In this document: one piece after another, positions 19,513 through 28,505 of the stretch
How the letters are laid out: the number at the start of each line of letters is the position of its first letter
How positions within the stretch are numbered: position 1 is the first letter of the stretch
Origin: Leptonemataceae bacterium
GTDB lineage: Bacteria > Spirochaetota > Leptospiria > Leptospirales > Leptonemataceae
Assembly: GCA_965227295.1 (NCBI GenBank)
Contig: OZ245742.1
Location: 4,160,001 to 4,224,000 of the forward strand
Direction of reading: 5' to 3'
Length of the DNA stretch: 64,000 nt
The notes under the pieces: model-generated
What the model was told of the DNA's origin: nothing
Database searches by the model: none
Seen by the model: the letters and a program-made list of their open reading frames with translations, nothing else
Program-made: the position numbers and the translations under genes

Positions 19513-21134
19513 GCACGTCGCACCTGGCCGCCATTGATCTCGGCACGAACTCGTTTCACCTGGTCGTCGTGCGTACGGACGAGCGCGGTAAATTCGAAAT
19601 CGTGAGCGACGAGAAAGAATCGGTGCGGCTCGGCAGCGGCGGCGGGGACCTGGGCAACATCGCCGAAGACGCCTTTGAGCGCGGCCTCGCGACGCTCACG
19701 CGTTTCGCGCGCATTGCCCGGAGTCACGACGCGGAGATTCGGGCCGTGGCCACCTCGGCGCTACGGGAAGCGCGCAACCGCGACGACTTCATTCGGCGCG
19801 CCCGGGAAGAAATCGGCCTGGAGATCGAAGTCATTCAAGGGACGGAAGAAGCGCGACTCATTTACCTCGGCGTGCTGCAGGCCATTCCGGTTTATAACAA
19901 ACGCGTTCTCGTCCTGGACATCGGCGGTGGTTCCACCGAGTTTCTCATCGGCACCGCCGGCCATCCGGAGTACGCCGTATCGCGTAAGCTCGGCGCCATT
20001 CGACTCAAAGACCGCTTCTTCGCGAAAGAGCCCTTGAAGGCGAACCTGATCGAAGAGTGCCGTCATTTCGTTCGCGTGCAGCTCTCCGGCGTGTTCGAGG
20101 ATCTGCGCAACTCCGGCTTCGAAGCGGCGGTGGGTTGTTCGGGCACCATCGAGACTCTTGCGAAGATGGCGATCCTGACCGAAAGTTCCGATGACGATGA
20201 GGACCATGAATTCAAAGATCTACACCTGAGCCGCAGCGGTCTGGACCGCGCGGTGGAACGCATCCTGAGCGTGCCCACGCATCGTAAACGGGCGAAGCTG
20301 CCCGGCCTCGACGACAAACGCGCGGACATCATCATCGGCGGGGCGCTGCTTTTACAGGAAATATTCGCCGGCCTCGACATCGAGGACATGGCCATCTCTC
20401 CATATGCCCTGCGCGAGGGCGTAATCTTTGATTCCGTGGTTCGGCGCACGGAACGGGCCGGTTCCATTCCTGACATCCGCCGTGAATCCGTGAAAGACCT
20501 GGCGCAGGCCATGCTGGGGCATGATCCGACGATGCTGCGTTCGGCCTGGCACATTGCGTTTTTGTCGGTCCGCCTCTTCGATGAACTGCGCCTGAAGGAT
20601 CTCCTCAAAAAAGAAGACTTCGCCGACCCGCGTCACCCTCCTGCTCCGGACGAACCGGTCTTCTCGTTGAACGACAGCTTTCTGCTGGAGTCGGCGGCGG
20701 TGTTGCACAACATCGGCATGTTCATCGCGCACTCCGCGCACCACAAGCACAGCTACTACGTCATTCGCAACAGCGATACCCTCCTCGGCTTTACGCGCCT
20801 GGAAATCGAGATCATTGCTCTCACGGCCCGCTACCATCGCAAGGCCGCGCCCACCATGAAGCACTCCGAGTTCGCCGCTCTGCCGGTCCTCTGGCAACGC
20901 CGGTTAACTTTATTCTCTGCGATATTAAGAATCTGCGTCGGCCTGGAACGCGGGGCGGATCAGTCCGTTCAAAATCTGTCGGTCGAGGAGAACGAGGCCG
21001 GTGTGGCGATCGTTCTGGAACCCGTGGGCGAACTCACCGGCCCCCGGGATGTGGCGCTGGAGATCTGGGCGGCCGAAGCACGGAAGCAGGAACTGGAAGA
21101 CGTCCTGGGGAAAAAGGTGACGGTGCGAATTTGA
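19509..21134 (+). CDS. ppx: Ppx/GppA exopolyphosphatase
   Basis: AAIDLGTNSFH, VATSALREARN, EEARLIY, DIGGGSTE, ALREG, HHKHSYY HD-like domain. Confidence 0.92.
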   Translation: MSTSHLAAIDLGTNSFHLVVVRTDERGKFEIVSDEKESVRLGSGGGDLGNIAEDAFERGLATLTRFARIARSHDAEIRAVATSALREARNRDDFIRRAREEIGLEIEVIQGTEEARLIYLGVLQAIPVYNKRVLVLDIGGGSTEFLIGTAGHPEYAVSRKLGAIRLKDRFFAKEPLKANLIEECRHFVRVQLSGVFEDLRNSGFEAAVGCSGTIETLAKMAILTESSDDDEDHEFKDLHLSRSGLDRAVERILSVPTHRKRAKLPGLDDKRADIIIGGALLLQEIFAGLDIEDMAISPYALREGVIFDSVVRRTERAGSIPDIRRESVKDLAQAMLGHDPTMLRSAWHIAFLSVRLFDELRLKDLLKKEDFADPRHPPAPDEPVFSLNDSFLLESAAVLHNIGMFIAHSAHHKHSYYVIRNSDTLLGFTRLEIEIIALTARYHRKAAPTMKHSEFAALPVLWQRRLTLFSAILRICVGLERGADQSVQNLSVEENEAGVAIVLEPVGELTGPRDVALEIWAAEARKQELEDVLGKKVTVRI

Positions 21135-21174
21135 AAGCAGGCGCGACGCGCCGGGCTTCGGGACGCCGGGAAGC

Positions 21175-21555
21175 TCAGATCTTCTCTAAAATCACCACGG
21201 CCAACGACATGTTGCGACTGTGCGAAAGCGAAATGTGAAAACGATTCGCGCCTTTTTCGTCGGCGATCTCTTTCGCGCGGCCGTGCAGTACAAGCTGCTT
21301 TTTGCCGAAGATTTTGCCCGAGACCTCGACGTCCTTCCAGTTCAGCCCCGAACCGCCGGGTAACGACAGGGCTTTGACCAGGGCCTCTTTTACGGCGAAA
21401 CGCGCGGAGAGATACGGCACCGGGTCCTCGTGAGACAACGAGTACTGGATCTCCTCGTCGGAAAAGATGCGATGCAGAAACCGTTCGCCGTGTTTCTCGA
21501 AGACCGCACGGATGCGATCGTTCTCGACGATGTCCGTACCCATGCCCAGAATCAC
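21175..21555 (-). CDS. acpS: Holo-[acyl-carrier-protein] synthase
   Basis: GMGTDIV, ARFAVKEA, ISLSH. Confidence 0.92.
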   Translation of the reverse strand: MILGMGTDIVENDRIRAVFEKHGERFLHRIFSDEEIQYSLSHEDPVPYLSARFAVKEALVKALSLPGGSGLNWKDVEVSGKIFGKKQLVLHGRAKEIADEKGANRFHISLSHSRNMSLAVVILEKI

Positions 21556-22568
21556 GGCAGGAGATGCTCCTCCAGGCCCTGGCGTTCTTCCGGCGAAATG
21601 CGCGGCTCCACTTTTTCGAACTGTAGATCGACGCGCGCCGGAACGACGTTGCGGACTGGAACGTTGCTGCGATTGAGACGGTCGATGATCCGCACGGGGA
21701 GATCCTTGATCAAAAAACCCGGCTTCACGGATCGATCACGTTCATCAAAAAACACCGGACAGAATACTCTCGCCTGGAACTGATCCCGGCGCAGCGAATC
21801 CGGCGAACCGGTGACGTAGACATCCACGGTCTCCTCGCCGACGACCTTCATGCGCAGGCCGGGAATCTCGTTGCTGCACCGCACCGGCAGTTGTTCGAAT
21901 TTCACCAGGTCCGGGCGATCAATCCAGTTTTCCGAAAGCACCTGGACCTTCACGTCCACGTCCGAGCCCTGGCCCAGGGCCGGGGCGACGAAGGGCGGCA
22001 GGTTCGCCAGCAACAGGCGTGACTTATCGAACTGCGTCTCCACCGAACTTTCGAAAGCAACCTCGGTCGTGGAGATGCGATCCATGGTTGCCAGGGTCGT
22101 CAAAGGACCGCGCAGGCGTACGGTCTGCGGGCGCACGGAAACATAACCGATCTGCAGATTGTTCGCCAGGTTCGGGGCGAGGTCGGCGACGACGGGAAGT
22201 TCCCGGGTCATGCTTTCGTCCAGGTAGACCGTCACGCGTTTTGTGTACGAGGCGCTGATGTTCTCCGGCGGCTCCGGAATGAGATAGGCCTGGTAGACGT
22301 TGGGGCCGGGCTCCGGTTTGGAGTTGCGCAGCAACACCCGGAACGTCGAGGTCTCGAAGTCCATGAGATCTCTGGAACCGCGGAAGCTCACTTCAATGAA
22401 CGACGGCACGCGCTGCGACAACAAGAGGTTATCCGGGAGCGGCGTCATCTCCACGCGGACGTTGACCCGGCGGGTCACGTTGTAGGAGTACTGAACGTAG
22501 CCGAACAAAAAGAGCGCAATGCCCACGCTCGCACTTTTCATTACAAAATTTCTACGAATCCAGCTCAT
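21552..22568 (-). CDS. cdaR: CdaR/YbbR-like diadenylate cyclase regulator
   Basis: N-terminal TM, YbbR-like repeats (VSFRGSR, PQTVRLRGP); between cdaA and acpS. Confidence 0.7.
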   Translation of the reverse strand: MSWIRRNFVMKSASVGIALFLFGYVQYSYNVTRRVNVRVEMTPLPDNLLLSQRVPSFIEVSFRGSRDLMDFETSTFRVLLRNSKPEPGPNVYQAYLIPEPPENISASYTKRVTVYLDESMTRELPVVADLAPNLANNLQIGYVSVRPQTVRLRGPLTTLATMDRISTTEVAFESSVETQFDKSRLLLANLPPFVAPALGQGSDVDVKVQVLSENWIDRPDLVKFEQLPVRCSNEIPGLRMKVVGEETVDVYVTGSPDSLRRDQFQARVFCPVFFDERDRSVKPGFLIKDLPVRIIDRLNRSNVPVRNVVPARVDLQFEKVEPRISPEERQGLEEHLLP

Positions 22569-22593
22569 GCTACTAACAATACTTCAGCAATAC

Positions 22594-23430
22594 TTATGCT
22601 TTTTTCTTCGGCGGCGGCGTGCCTTCCAACCAGCGGACGTTCTCGACTCCCTGCGCCAGGGACGGATTCGTGTCCGTCAGCAGATACTCGACGAGGGGCA
22701 TCAGTTCCGGCGGGCGGACCGGTGTTTTCAGTTCGCCGTTGTACATGATGCTGATGCGACCGGTTTCCTCGGACGTCACCAGCACCACGCCGTCGCTTTC
22801 CTCGGAAATGCCCATGCCCGCCCGGTGCCGCGCACCGTGGGTCCGCTTCAACGCCCGGGAGTTCGACAGCGGCAGATAACACGAGGCCGCAATCACGCGG
22901 TTGCCCTCGATGAACACGGCACCGTCGTGCAGCGGCGTGTCCTTGTGAAAGATCGTCTGCAACAACTCGGCCGAGACCAGGGCGTCCACCCGCACGGCAC
23001 TGTCGATGATCGGTTCGGGTTTGATGTTCTTTACGATGATGATGATGGACCCCACCCGCGCGGAGGCCATGCTCTTTACGGCCTCGGCGATCGGCACCAG
23101 AGGTACATCGGGAACGCGATTCAAGAAACGGAAGACCGGCATTTGACCGATCTCGGCAATGAGGCGGCGCAGTTCCGGCTGGAGCAGAACGATCAGACCG
23201 AAGACTAAGTACGAAAAGACGTTCGTAATGATCCACGACAACGTGGCCAGGCTCAGAATGTCGGCGATCCAGTAGACGATGACGATCAGCGCGACGCCGG
23301 TGAGTAACTGAAAGGCCCGAGTGCGGTTCAGGAGCAGCAGGACGCGGTACGCCACGAAGGCGACAATCGCAATGTCCACGACGACCCGGGCAAACTCCAG
23401 GAAATCGAAACTTTCGAGCAGATCCCACAC
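22594..23430 (-). CDS. cdaA: Diadenylate cyclase CdaA
   Basis: Three TMs, LQPELRR, TPLHDGA, GARHRAG, SEETG. Confidence 0.92.
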   Translation of the reverse strand: MWDLLESFDFLEFARVVVDIAIVAFVAYRVLLLLNRTRAFQLLTGVALIVIVYWIADILSLATLSWIITNVFSYLVFGLIVLLQPELRRLIAEIGQMPVFRFLNRVPDVPLVPIAEAVKSMASARVGSIIIIVKNIKPEPIIDSAVRVDALVSAELLQTIFHKDTPLHDGAVFIEGNRVIAASCYLPLSNSRALKRTHGARHRAGMGISEESDGVVLVTSEETGRISIMYNGELKTPVRPPELMPLVEYLLTDTNPSLAQGVENVRWLEGTPPPKKKA

Positions 23431-23441
23431 GATGATTGTAC

Positions 23442-24290
23442 TTACGGCCCGCCGCCGGAGTCGCCGATGCCCAGGACGTCCTTCATGGAGTACTCACCCG
23501 GGGCCTTACCGGCCAGGAAGGCGGCGGAACGCAGCGCCCCCGCGGCAAAAATTTTCCGCGACGTCGCGCGATGCACGAGTTCAATGCGTTCCCCGTCGCC
23601 GAAGTAATAGACGGTATGCTCGCCGACGACGTCCCCCCCGCGCAGGGCGTGCACGCCGATTTCTTGCGCCGGCCGCGGTTCACCGATGCCCTCGCGGCCG
23701 TAGACCACGTCTGCTTCGCTGCGCCCCAGGTTTTCGAGCAGAACTTCTTTCAGGCGCTGCGCCGTACCCGAGGGTGAATCTTTCTTATGATGATGATGGA
23801 TTTCGGTAACTTCGGTTTCGAAACCAGGCACGGCCTTCGCGGCGACCTCGGTTAAGTGAAAGAGCAGATTCACACCCACGGACATGTTCGGCGAAACCAG
23901 GAGCGCCAGGCGATCGGCGAATCCGGAGAGTTGTTCGCGTTGTTCCGGTGTAAAGCCGGTGGTACCGACGATCAGAGCAATGCTCCGCTCCGCGCAGAGC
24001 TCGGCCACGCGCAGCGTCGTCTCCGGCGCGGAGAAATCGATGACGGCCCGGGCATTCTCTATAGCCGCGGCCGGGTCCGCGCTCACGGTGACACCGAGTT
24101 CGGCCACACCGGCCATGGTTCCCGCGTCCTTGCCGATCCACTCCGAACCGTTGCGTTCCAGGGCCCCGGCCAGGCGCAGCCACGGCTGTTGTTCGAGGCT
24201 CTGCTCGGTGGACAGGGCGATGATCGATCGACCCATGCGACCGCCGGCGCCGACCATGGCAAAGGGAACGGCAGTGTCCGTGCCGGACAT
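23442..24290 (-). CDS. dapB: 4-hydroxy-tetrahydrodipicolinate reductase
   Basis: GAGGRMG, GTTG, PNMSVG, EIHHHHKKDSPSGTA, RGGDVVGEH. Confidence 0.95.
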   Translation of the reverse strand: MSGTDTAVPFAMVGAGGRMGRSIIALSTEQSLEQQPWLRLAGALERNGSEWIGKDAGTMAGVAELGVTVSADPAAAIENARAVIDFSAPETTLRVAELCAERSIALIVGTTGFTPEQREQLSGFADRLALLVSPNMSVGVNLLFHLTEVAAKAVPGFETEVTEIHHHHKKDSPSGTAQRLKEVLLENLGRSEADVVYGREGIGEPRPAQEIGVHALRGGDVVGEHTVYYFGDGERIELVHRATSRKIFAAGALRSAAFLAGKAPGEYSMKDVLGIGDSGGGP

Positions 24291-25174
24291 CAGGCGTCCT
24301 CCCCGGTCGCTGTCAGGACGTCGGCGAGCTTCGCACGCACATCGTCCTCAAGCTCGACAAGGGGCAGGCGCACCGCCGAAGAACAGTAGCCGCGAATCGC
24401 GGCGGCGGCTTTCACAGGCACGGGATTGGTGTCCCAGAACAGGGCATTCATGAAGTCCAGCAGGCCGTAAAAGATCTCATTGCCTTTGCTGAATTCTTCT
24501 TTCAAAAAGTGATTCACCATGCGCACCAGACGGCGCGGGTACAGGTTCGATGCCACCGAGATGACGCCGCGCCCGCCGAGGCCCATGAGCGCGGGGGTGA
24601 TGTTGTCGTCGCCGGAGAGCATGGCCAGGCGACCGCCGCACATTTTCTGCACGCGTGCCATCTGCCCGGGATTACCGCTGGCCTCTTTCACCGCGGCAAT
24701 GTTCGGGCTCTGCATGAGCCGCGCCAGGGTTTCCGTTTCCAGGTTCACCGCCGTGCGGCCCTTGATGTTGTACACGACGACGGGGACCGTGCTCACTGCG
24801 GCGATGGTGTGAAAGTGACGGTAGAGACCTTCCTGGGACGGCTTGTTGTAGTACGGGTTCACGAGCATGACACCGTCTACGCCGTCCGCGCACGCCGCCT
24901 TCGTAAGTTCGATGGCCTCGTTGGTACTGTTGGAACCGGTGCCGGCCACGACCTTCGTGCGCCCTTCCACGAACTCCACCGTCTTGCGGATGAGGTCGCG
25001 GTGTTCGTCGTGACTGAGCGTCGGTGACTCGCCGGTCGTGCCGCAGGGAACGATGCCCGCGATGCCGGCTTCCACCTGGCGTTCCACCAACTCACGATAC
25101 GCGCCGTAGTCGATGCTGCGCCCCTCGTTTTGAAACGGAGTCAGGATGGCCGTGTATACGCCTTCGAAATTCAT
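24290..25174 (-). CDS. dapA: 4-hydroxy-tetrahydrodipicolinate synthase
   Basis: GTTGESPTL, GTGSNST, PYYNKP, YNIKGRT, KEASG, SGDD, TNPVPVK; start moved to ATG 25174. Confidence 0.95.
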   Translation of the reverse strand: MNFEGVYTAILTPFQNEGRSIDYGAYRELVERQVEAGIAGIVPCGTTGESPTLSHDEHRDLIRKTVEFVEGRTKVVAGTGSNSTNEAIELTKAACADGVDGVMLVNPYYNKPSQEGLYRHFHTIAAVSTVPVVVYNIKGRTAVNLETETLARLMQSPNIAAVKEASGNPGQMARVQKMCGGRLAMLSGDDNITPALMGLGGRGVISVASNLYPRRLVRMVNHFLKEEFSKGNEIFYGLLDFMNALFWDTNPVPVKAAAAIRGYCSSAVRLPLVELEDDVRAKLADVLTATGEDA

Positions 25175-25256
25175 ACGGAGATCTGCTGCAAAAGCATTGA
25201 TTTTGTCCACAATTTGAGCGCTATGGCATTTCTCACACAAAAATCCCTCGAACGTA

Positions 25257-26435
25257 ATGCCGTTTTCCTTTCAAATCGTCTTTCCCATCCTTGCATTTCT
25301 GCTCTCCTTCGCCGCGATCGGCGCTCTGCTTTCCGGTGTGCGCCTGCTCCCGGCCGACGTGCCCAACGAGCGCTCCCTGCACGCCACGCCGGTTCCGCGC
25401 GGCGGCGGCATCGTCTTTGCGCTCATCTTTTTACTCGCGCTGGCCTGCGTCTTTGTGCTTGTGCCCGGCAGTCGCACAGCCGGGCTTTACTCGCTGTTCG
25501 CCGGCAGCTTTGCCATGTCTTTGCTCGGCTGGCTGGACGATCTGTACACCCTGCCCGCGGTGCATCGTCTGCTCGTGGAGTCGGTGATTGCCGGCATCGT
25601 ATGCGCCTTCGGCGCTCCGCATCGGGTGGACTTCTTCGGCCTGGTTGAATTCAGCGGCCCGACGGCCCTGGTGTTGCAAACGCTCTGGATTCTAACGTGC
25701 ATTAACTTTTTTAACTTCATGGACGGCCTGGACGGCCTCGCCACCCAGCAGGCCGTGTTCATCGCCGCGGTGTCCGGCATCGTGCTGGCCCTGGATGCCG
25801 GCCGCCTGGAACCAGGCTCAGTGCGCACCGCTTACGAAACGGCGTCTCTCGCGGCCTTCGTCCTGGCCGCGGCGTTGTTGGGTTTTCTCGCGTTCAACTT
25901 TCCCCCGGCCCGCATTTTCATGGGCGATGCCGGATCGCACTTTCTCGGCTTCGCGCTGGGGTTTCTGCTGCTGCCCTTTCCGCCGACGGACCTCGTTCCG
26001 GACGTCCCCTGGGATGCCCTCGGCGGTTTTGAGTCCGTGCGGTTCAGCGTACTCCGAGCGGATACCGGCGCCGGTTCCGTCGGCCTCGCGTCGGATCAGT
26101 TTCTGCTGGCACTGCTCTGGACGCCTTTTCTGCTGGACCCGGCGTTGACGTTACTGCGCCGCCTGCGTCGGCGCAAAAACATTCTGCGCCCGCATCGTGA
26201 GCACGTGTACCAATTGCTCGTACGCTTCGCAGACGGCTGGACGCGCGCCAGGGTCAATGCGTTGTATCTCGCGGTAAACTTCGCCATGCTCGGGCCGGTG
26301 ATTTTGAAAGTACTGGGTTATTCGAATGCGCAGGTGTGGTTGAGTGCCCTACCGCCGGTGCTGGTTCTGGTGATTGCGCATTCCATGATCGGTAATGCGC
26401 TGGGACCGAAGCGCAGCGAGCCGGAAGAAACGTAA
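25257..26435 (+). CDS. Glycosyltransferase family 4 (WecA/MraY-like polyprenyl-phosphate sugar-1-phosphate transferase)
   Basis: PNERSLH..PVPRGGG, GWLDD, NFMDGLDG, FMGDAGS, HREHVYQ. Confidence 0.88.
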   Translation: MPFSFQIVFPILAFLLSFAAIGALLSGVRLLPADVPNERSLHATPVPRGGGIVFALIFLLALACVFVLVPGSRTAGLYSLFAGSFAMSLLGWLDDLYTLPAVHRLLVESVIAGIVCAFGAPHRVDFFGLVEFSGPTALVLQTLWILTCINFFNFMDGLDGLATQQAVFIAAVSGIVLALDAGRLEPGSVRTAYETASLAAFVLAAALLGFLAFNFPPARIFMGDAGSHFLGFALGFLLLPFPPTDLVPDVPWDALGGFESVRFSVLRADTGAGSVGLASDQFLLALLWTPFLLDPALTLLRRLRRRKNILRPHREHVYQLLVRFADGWTRARVNALYLAVNFAMLGPVILKVLGYSNAQVWLSALPPVLVLVIAHSMIGNALGPKRSEPEET

Positions 26436-26490
26436 GGTTCTTAGACTCTTGCGTTAGCGCGGGCCGGTACCGCAGCGAAATGAGGGAAAC

Positions 26491-26970
26491 TTATTCCGTC
26501 GGCGGGTTTTGCAACCACTCCGGAATTTCCAGTTTTTCGGGCAATGCGTTCTGCAACGCCTCCCCGACACCCGCGCTCATATCCCATCCCAGGAAATACG
26601 CGAGAAACCAGAAACACCAGAAGAAGAGCGTAACCAACACCAGGTTCCGCAAGAACACCAGGGCCTCCTCGGCCGTGCGGTTGCGGTGAATCGCAATCAA
26701 CGCGAACGGCCAGAAGAGCACTAACAATAACGGAAACAAAGTTACGACGGCACTCAGAAAACGCGGAAGCTCGGTGCCCCAGTCCTCGATGTAACGCGGC
26801 AGGGCCGCGTCGAAGAGTTCGCGGGAAAAGTAGATCCCGTAAAAGACGAACACCAGCACGGCACTGATCTTCCAGGCGAGCGGGATCGTGCGGCGAAACA
26901 GCAGGAGGACCAGGCCGACCAGCCACAGCAAGAACAGCGGTAGTATGATGTGATCCAGCTCCATGTTCAC
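26491..26970 (-). CDS. Hypothetical membrane protein
   Basis: About four hydrophobic helices; co-oriented downstream of pdxA. Confidence 0.65.
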   Translation of the reverse strand: MNMELDHIILPLFLLWLVGLVLLLFRRTIPLAWKISAVLVFVFYGIYFSRELFDAALPRYIEDWGTELPRFLSAVVTLFPLLLVLFWPFALIAIHRNRTAEEALVFLRNLVLVTLFFWCFWFLAYFLGWDMSAGVGEALQNALPEKLEIPEWLQNPPTE

Positions 26971-26984
26971 TCAATGCATCGCGA

Positions 26985-27974
26985 TCAGGTGGCGGTCAGC
27001 TCTCCGCTCAGCGCCGCACGGATGGCCGCGCGCAGACTGCCGGCGTCCGGCTTCGACGCCCGGCTCGCGGCCAGGTCGAAGGCCGTGCCGTGATCGGGAC
27101 TCGTGCGTACGATGGGCAGGCCGATCGTCGCGTTGACCCCGTACGCGCCCTCGAAGGCCTTGAACGGAATGAGCCCCTGGTCATGATAGCAACTGAAAAT
27201 CAGCCGGTACCGCCTCCGCACGGATTCCATAAATAGAGTATCGGCCGGCTTCGGCCCTTCCAGCGGAAATCCGCGCTGCCGCAAATCCTCGCAGAAGTCG
27301 TTCAGGAAGTCGAGTTCTTCCCGGCCGATCGTCCCGCCGTCGCCGCAGTGCGGATTCAGTCCGCACATGGCCCAGCGTGCCCCGCCGTACTCCGGCAGAC
27401 GTTGGAGTTGCTGCAACAGTTCCAGAAAGGCCGGCTCTGCCAGGCGTTGCCGGAGCGCGGCGGGTACTTCATCGACGGCGATGTGCACCGTAATCGGCAC
27501 CACGGAAAACTCCCGGCCGTGCATGAGCATGAGCACGTTGCTCTGAAAGCGCTCCGCCAGATACTCCGTGTGGCCGCGGAAGTCCGGCCGCAGGGACTTC
27601 GCCACCCACTCCTTCGAAAGTGGCAGGGTTACCAGACCGGAGCAGCCGTGCTCCAGGGCAAAATCACAGGCCAGCTTCAACGCGGCGAAGGACAAGGCAC
27701 CGGTATGCGGCCCGGGCCGACCGGCGGTGATGGGAGCGGCTTCGCGAAAGTCGGGAAACGCCCGTGCCAGGTGCGCGTCCACATCGACAATCTCAAAGTC
27801 CCGGCCCATCTGAAGGCCGAATCCTTTCGCGTGATGGACGACTTCATCCGCATGACCGGCCGTGTCGTAGTAAACGATTTTGCGACCGGCGTTGCGCCAG
27901 TCCTGGACACTATCGAGGAGGATCTCCGGACCAATGCCGGCGGGGTCCCCGCCGGTGATCAGGAGGGGCTTCAG
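26985..27974 (-). CDS. pdxA: 4-hydroxythreonine-4-phosphate dehydrogenase, probable CTG start
   Basis: In-frame extension upstream of the tracked ATG contains ITGGDPAGIGPE; also GHTEYLA, GLNPH, YHDQGLIP, RTSPDHGTAFD. Confidence 0.88.
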   Translation of the reverse strand: MKPLLITGGDPAGIGPEILLDSVQDWRNAGRKIVYYDTAGHADEVVHHAKGFGLQMGRDFEIVDVDAHLARAFPDFREAAPITAGRPGPHTGALSFAALKLACDFALEHGCSGLVTLPLSKEWVAKSLRPDFRGHTEYLAERFQSNVLMLMHGREFSVVPITVHIAVDEVPAALRQRLAEPAFLELLQQLQRLPEYGGARWAMCGLNPHCGDGGTIGREELDFLNDFCEDLRQRGFPLEGPKPADTLFMESVRRRYRLIFSCYHDQGLIPFKAFEGAYGVNATIGLPIVRTSPDHGTAFDLAASRASKPDAGSLRAAIRAALSGELTAT

Positions 27975-28408
27975 GACGCCTTCTGGCGCGATCCGAACAG
28001 TTTTTCGAGGGACAGGTTATCGCGGCCGTACTCGCTTTCGATGTACTGGCGCGCGGAGTGCTTGAGGTCGTGGCTGATCATGCAACGGCCCTCGAGGATG
28101 ACGCCGTTCTGGATGATGAGCTCCGGCGTGCTGATGTCGCCGAGGATGCGCGCCGTGGGCAGCAACATGACCCGGTTCCGGGCCGTGATGTTCCCGACGA
28201 TGATGCCTTCGACGATGACCGAGGCCGCCGTAACGTTGGTGCGGACCCGGCCGGTAACGCCGATGTAGAGCTGGTCGGCCTGGAGGGACTTGCCCTCGAA
28301 CTTGCCGTCGATCTTGAGCGAACCGTTGATGAAGAAGCGGCCGCTGAAGTAGGAGTTCTCGCCGATGGTGGAGTTGGTGACTTCCGATGCTGCTTTTACA
28401 AGTGCCAT
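27971..28408 (-). CDS. Bactofilin (polymer-forming cytoskeletal protein)
   Basis: STIGENSYFSG...LKIDGKFEG...VEGIIVGNI...ILGDISTPELIIQNGVILEGRC beta-helix pattern. Confidence 0.9.
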   Translation of the reverse strand: MALVKAASEVTNSTIGENSYFSGRFFINGSLKIDGKFEGKSLQADQLYIGVTGRVRTNVTAASVIVEGIIVGNITARNRVMLLPTARILGDISTPELIIQNGVILEGRCMISHDLKHSARQYIESEYGRDNLSLEKLFGSRQKAS

Positions 28409-28505
28409 GTGTGGATGATTCCGAATTTTCCAGTAGTGCTACAGTACCAGACTTTCGGCCTCCGTCGCAGCGGGGAAGGATTTTATTGTCTCGTAGCGGT
28501 CACTT

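Noticed and set aside
21175..25174. dapA-dapB-cdaA-cdaR-acpS cluster as a novel c-di-AMP system
   Set aside because: cdaA-cdaR(-acpS) linkage is a known housekeeping arrangement
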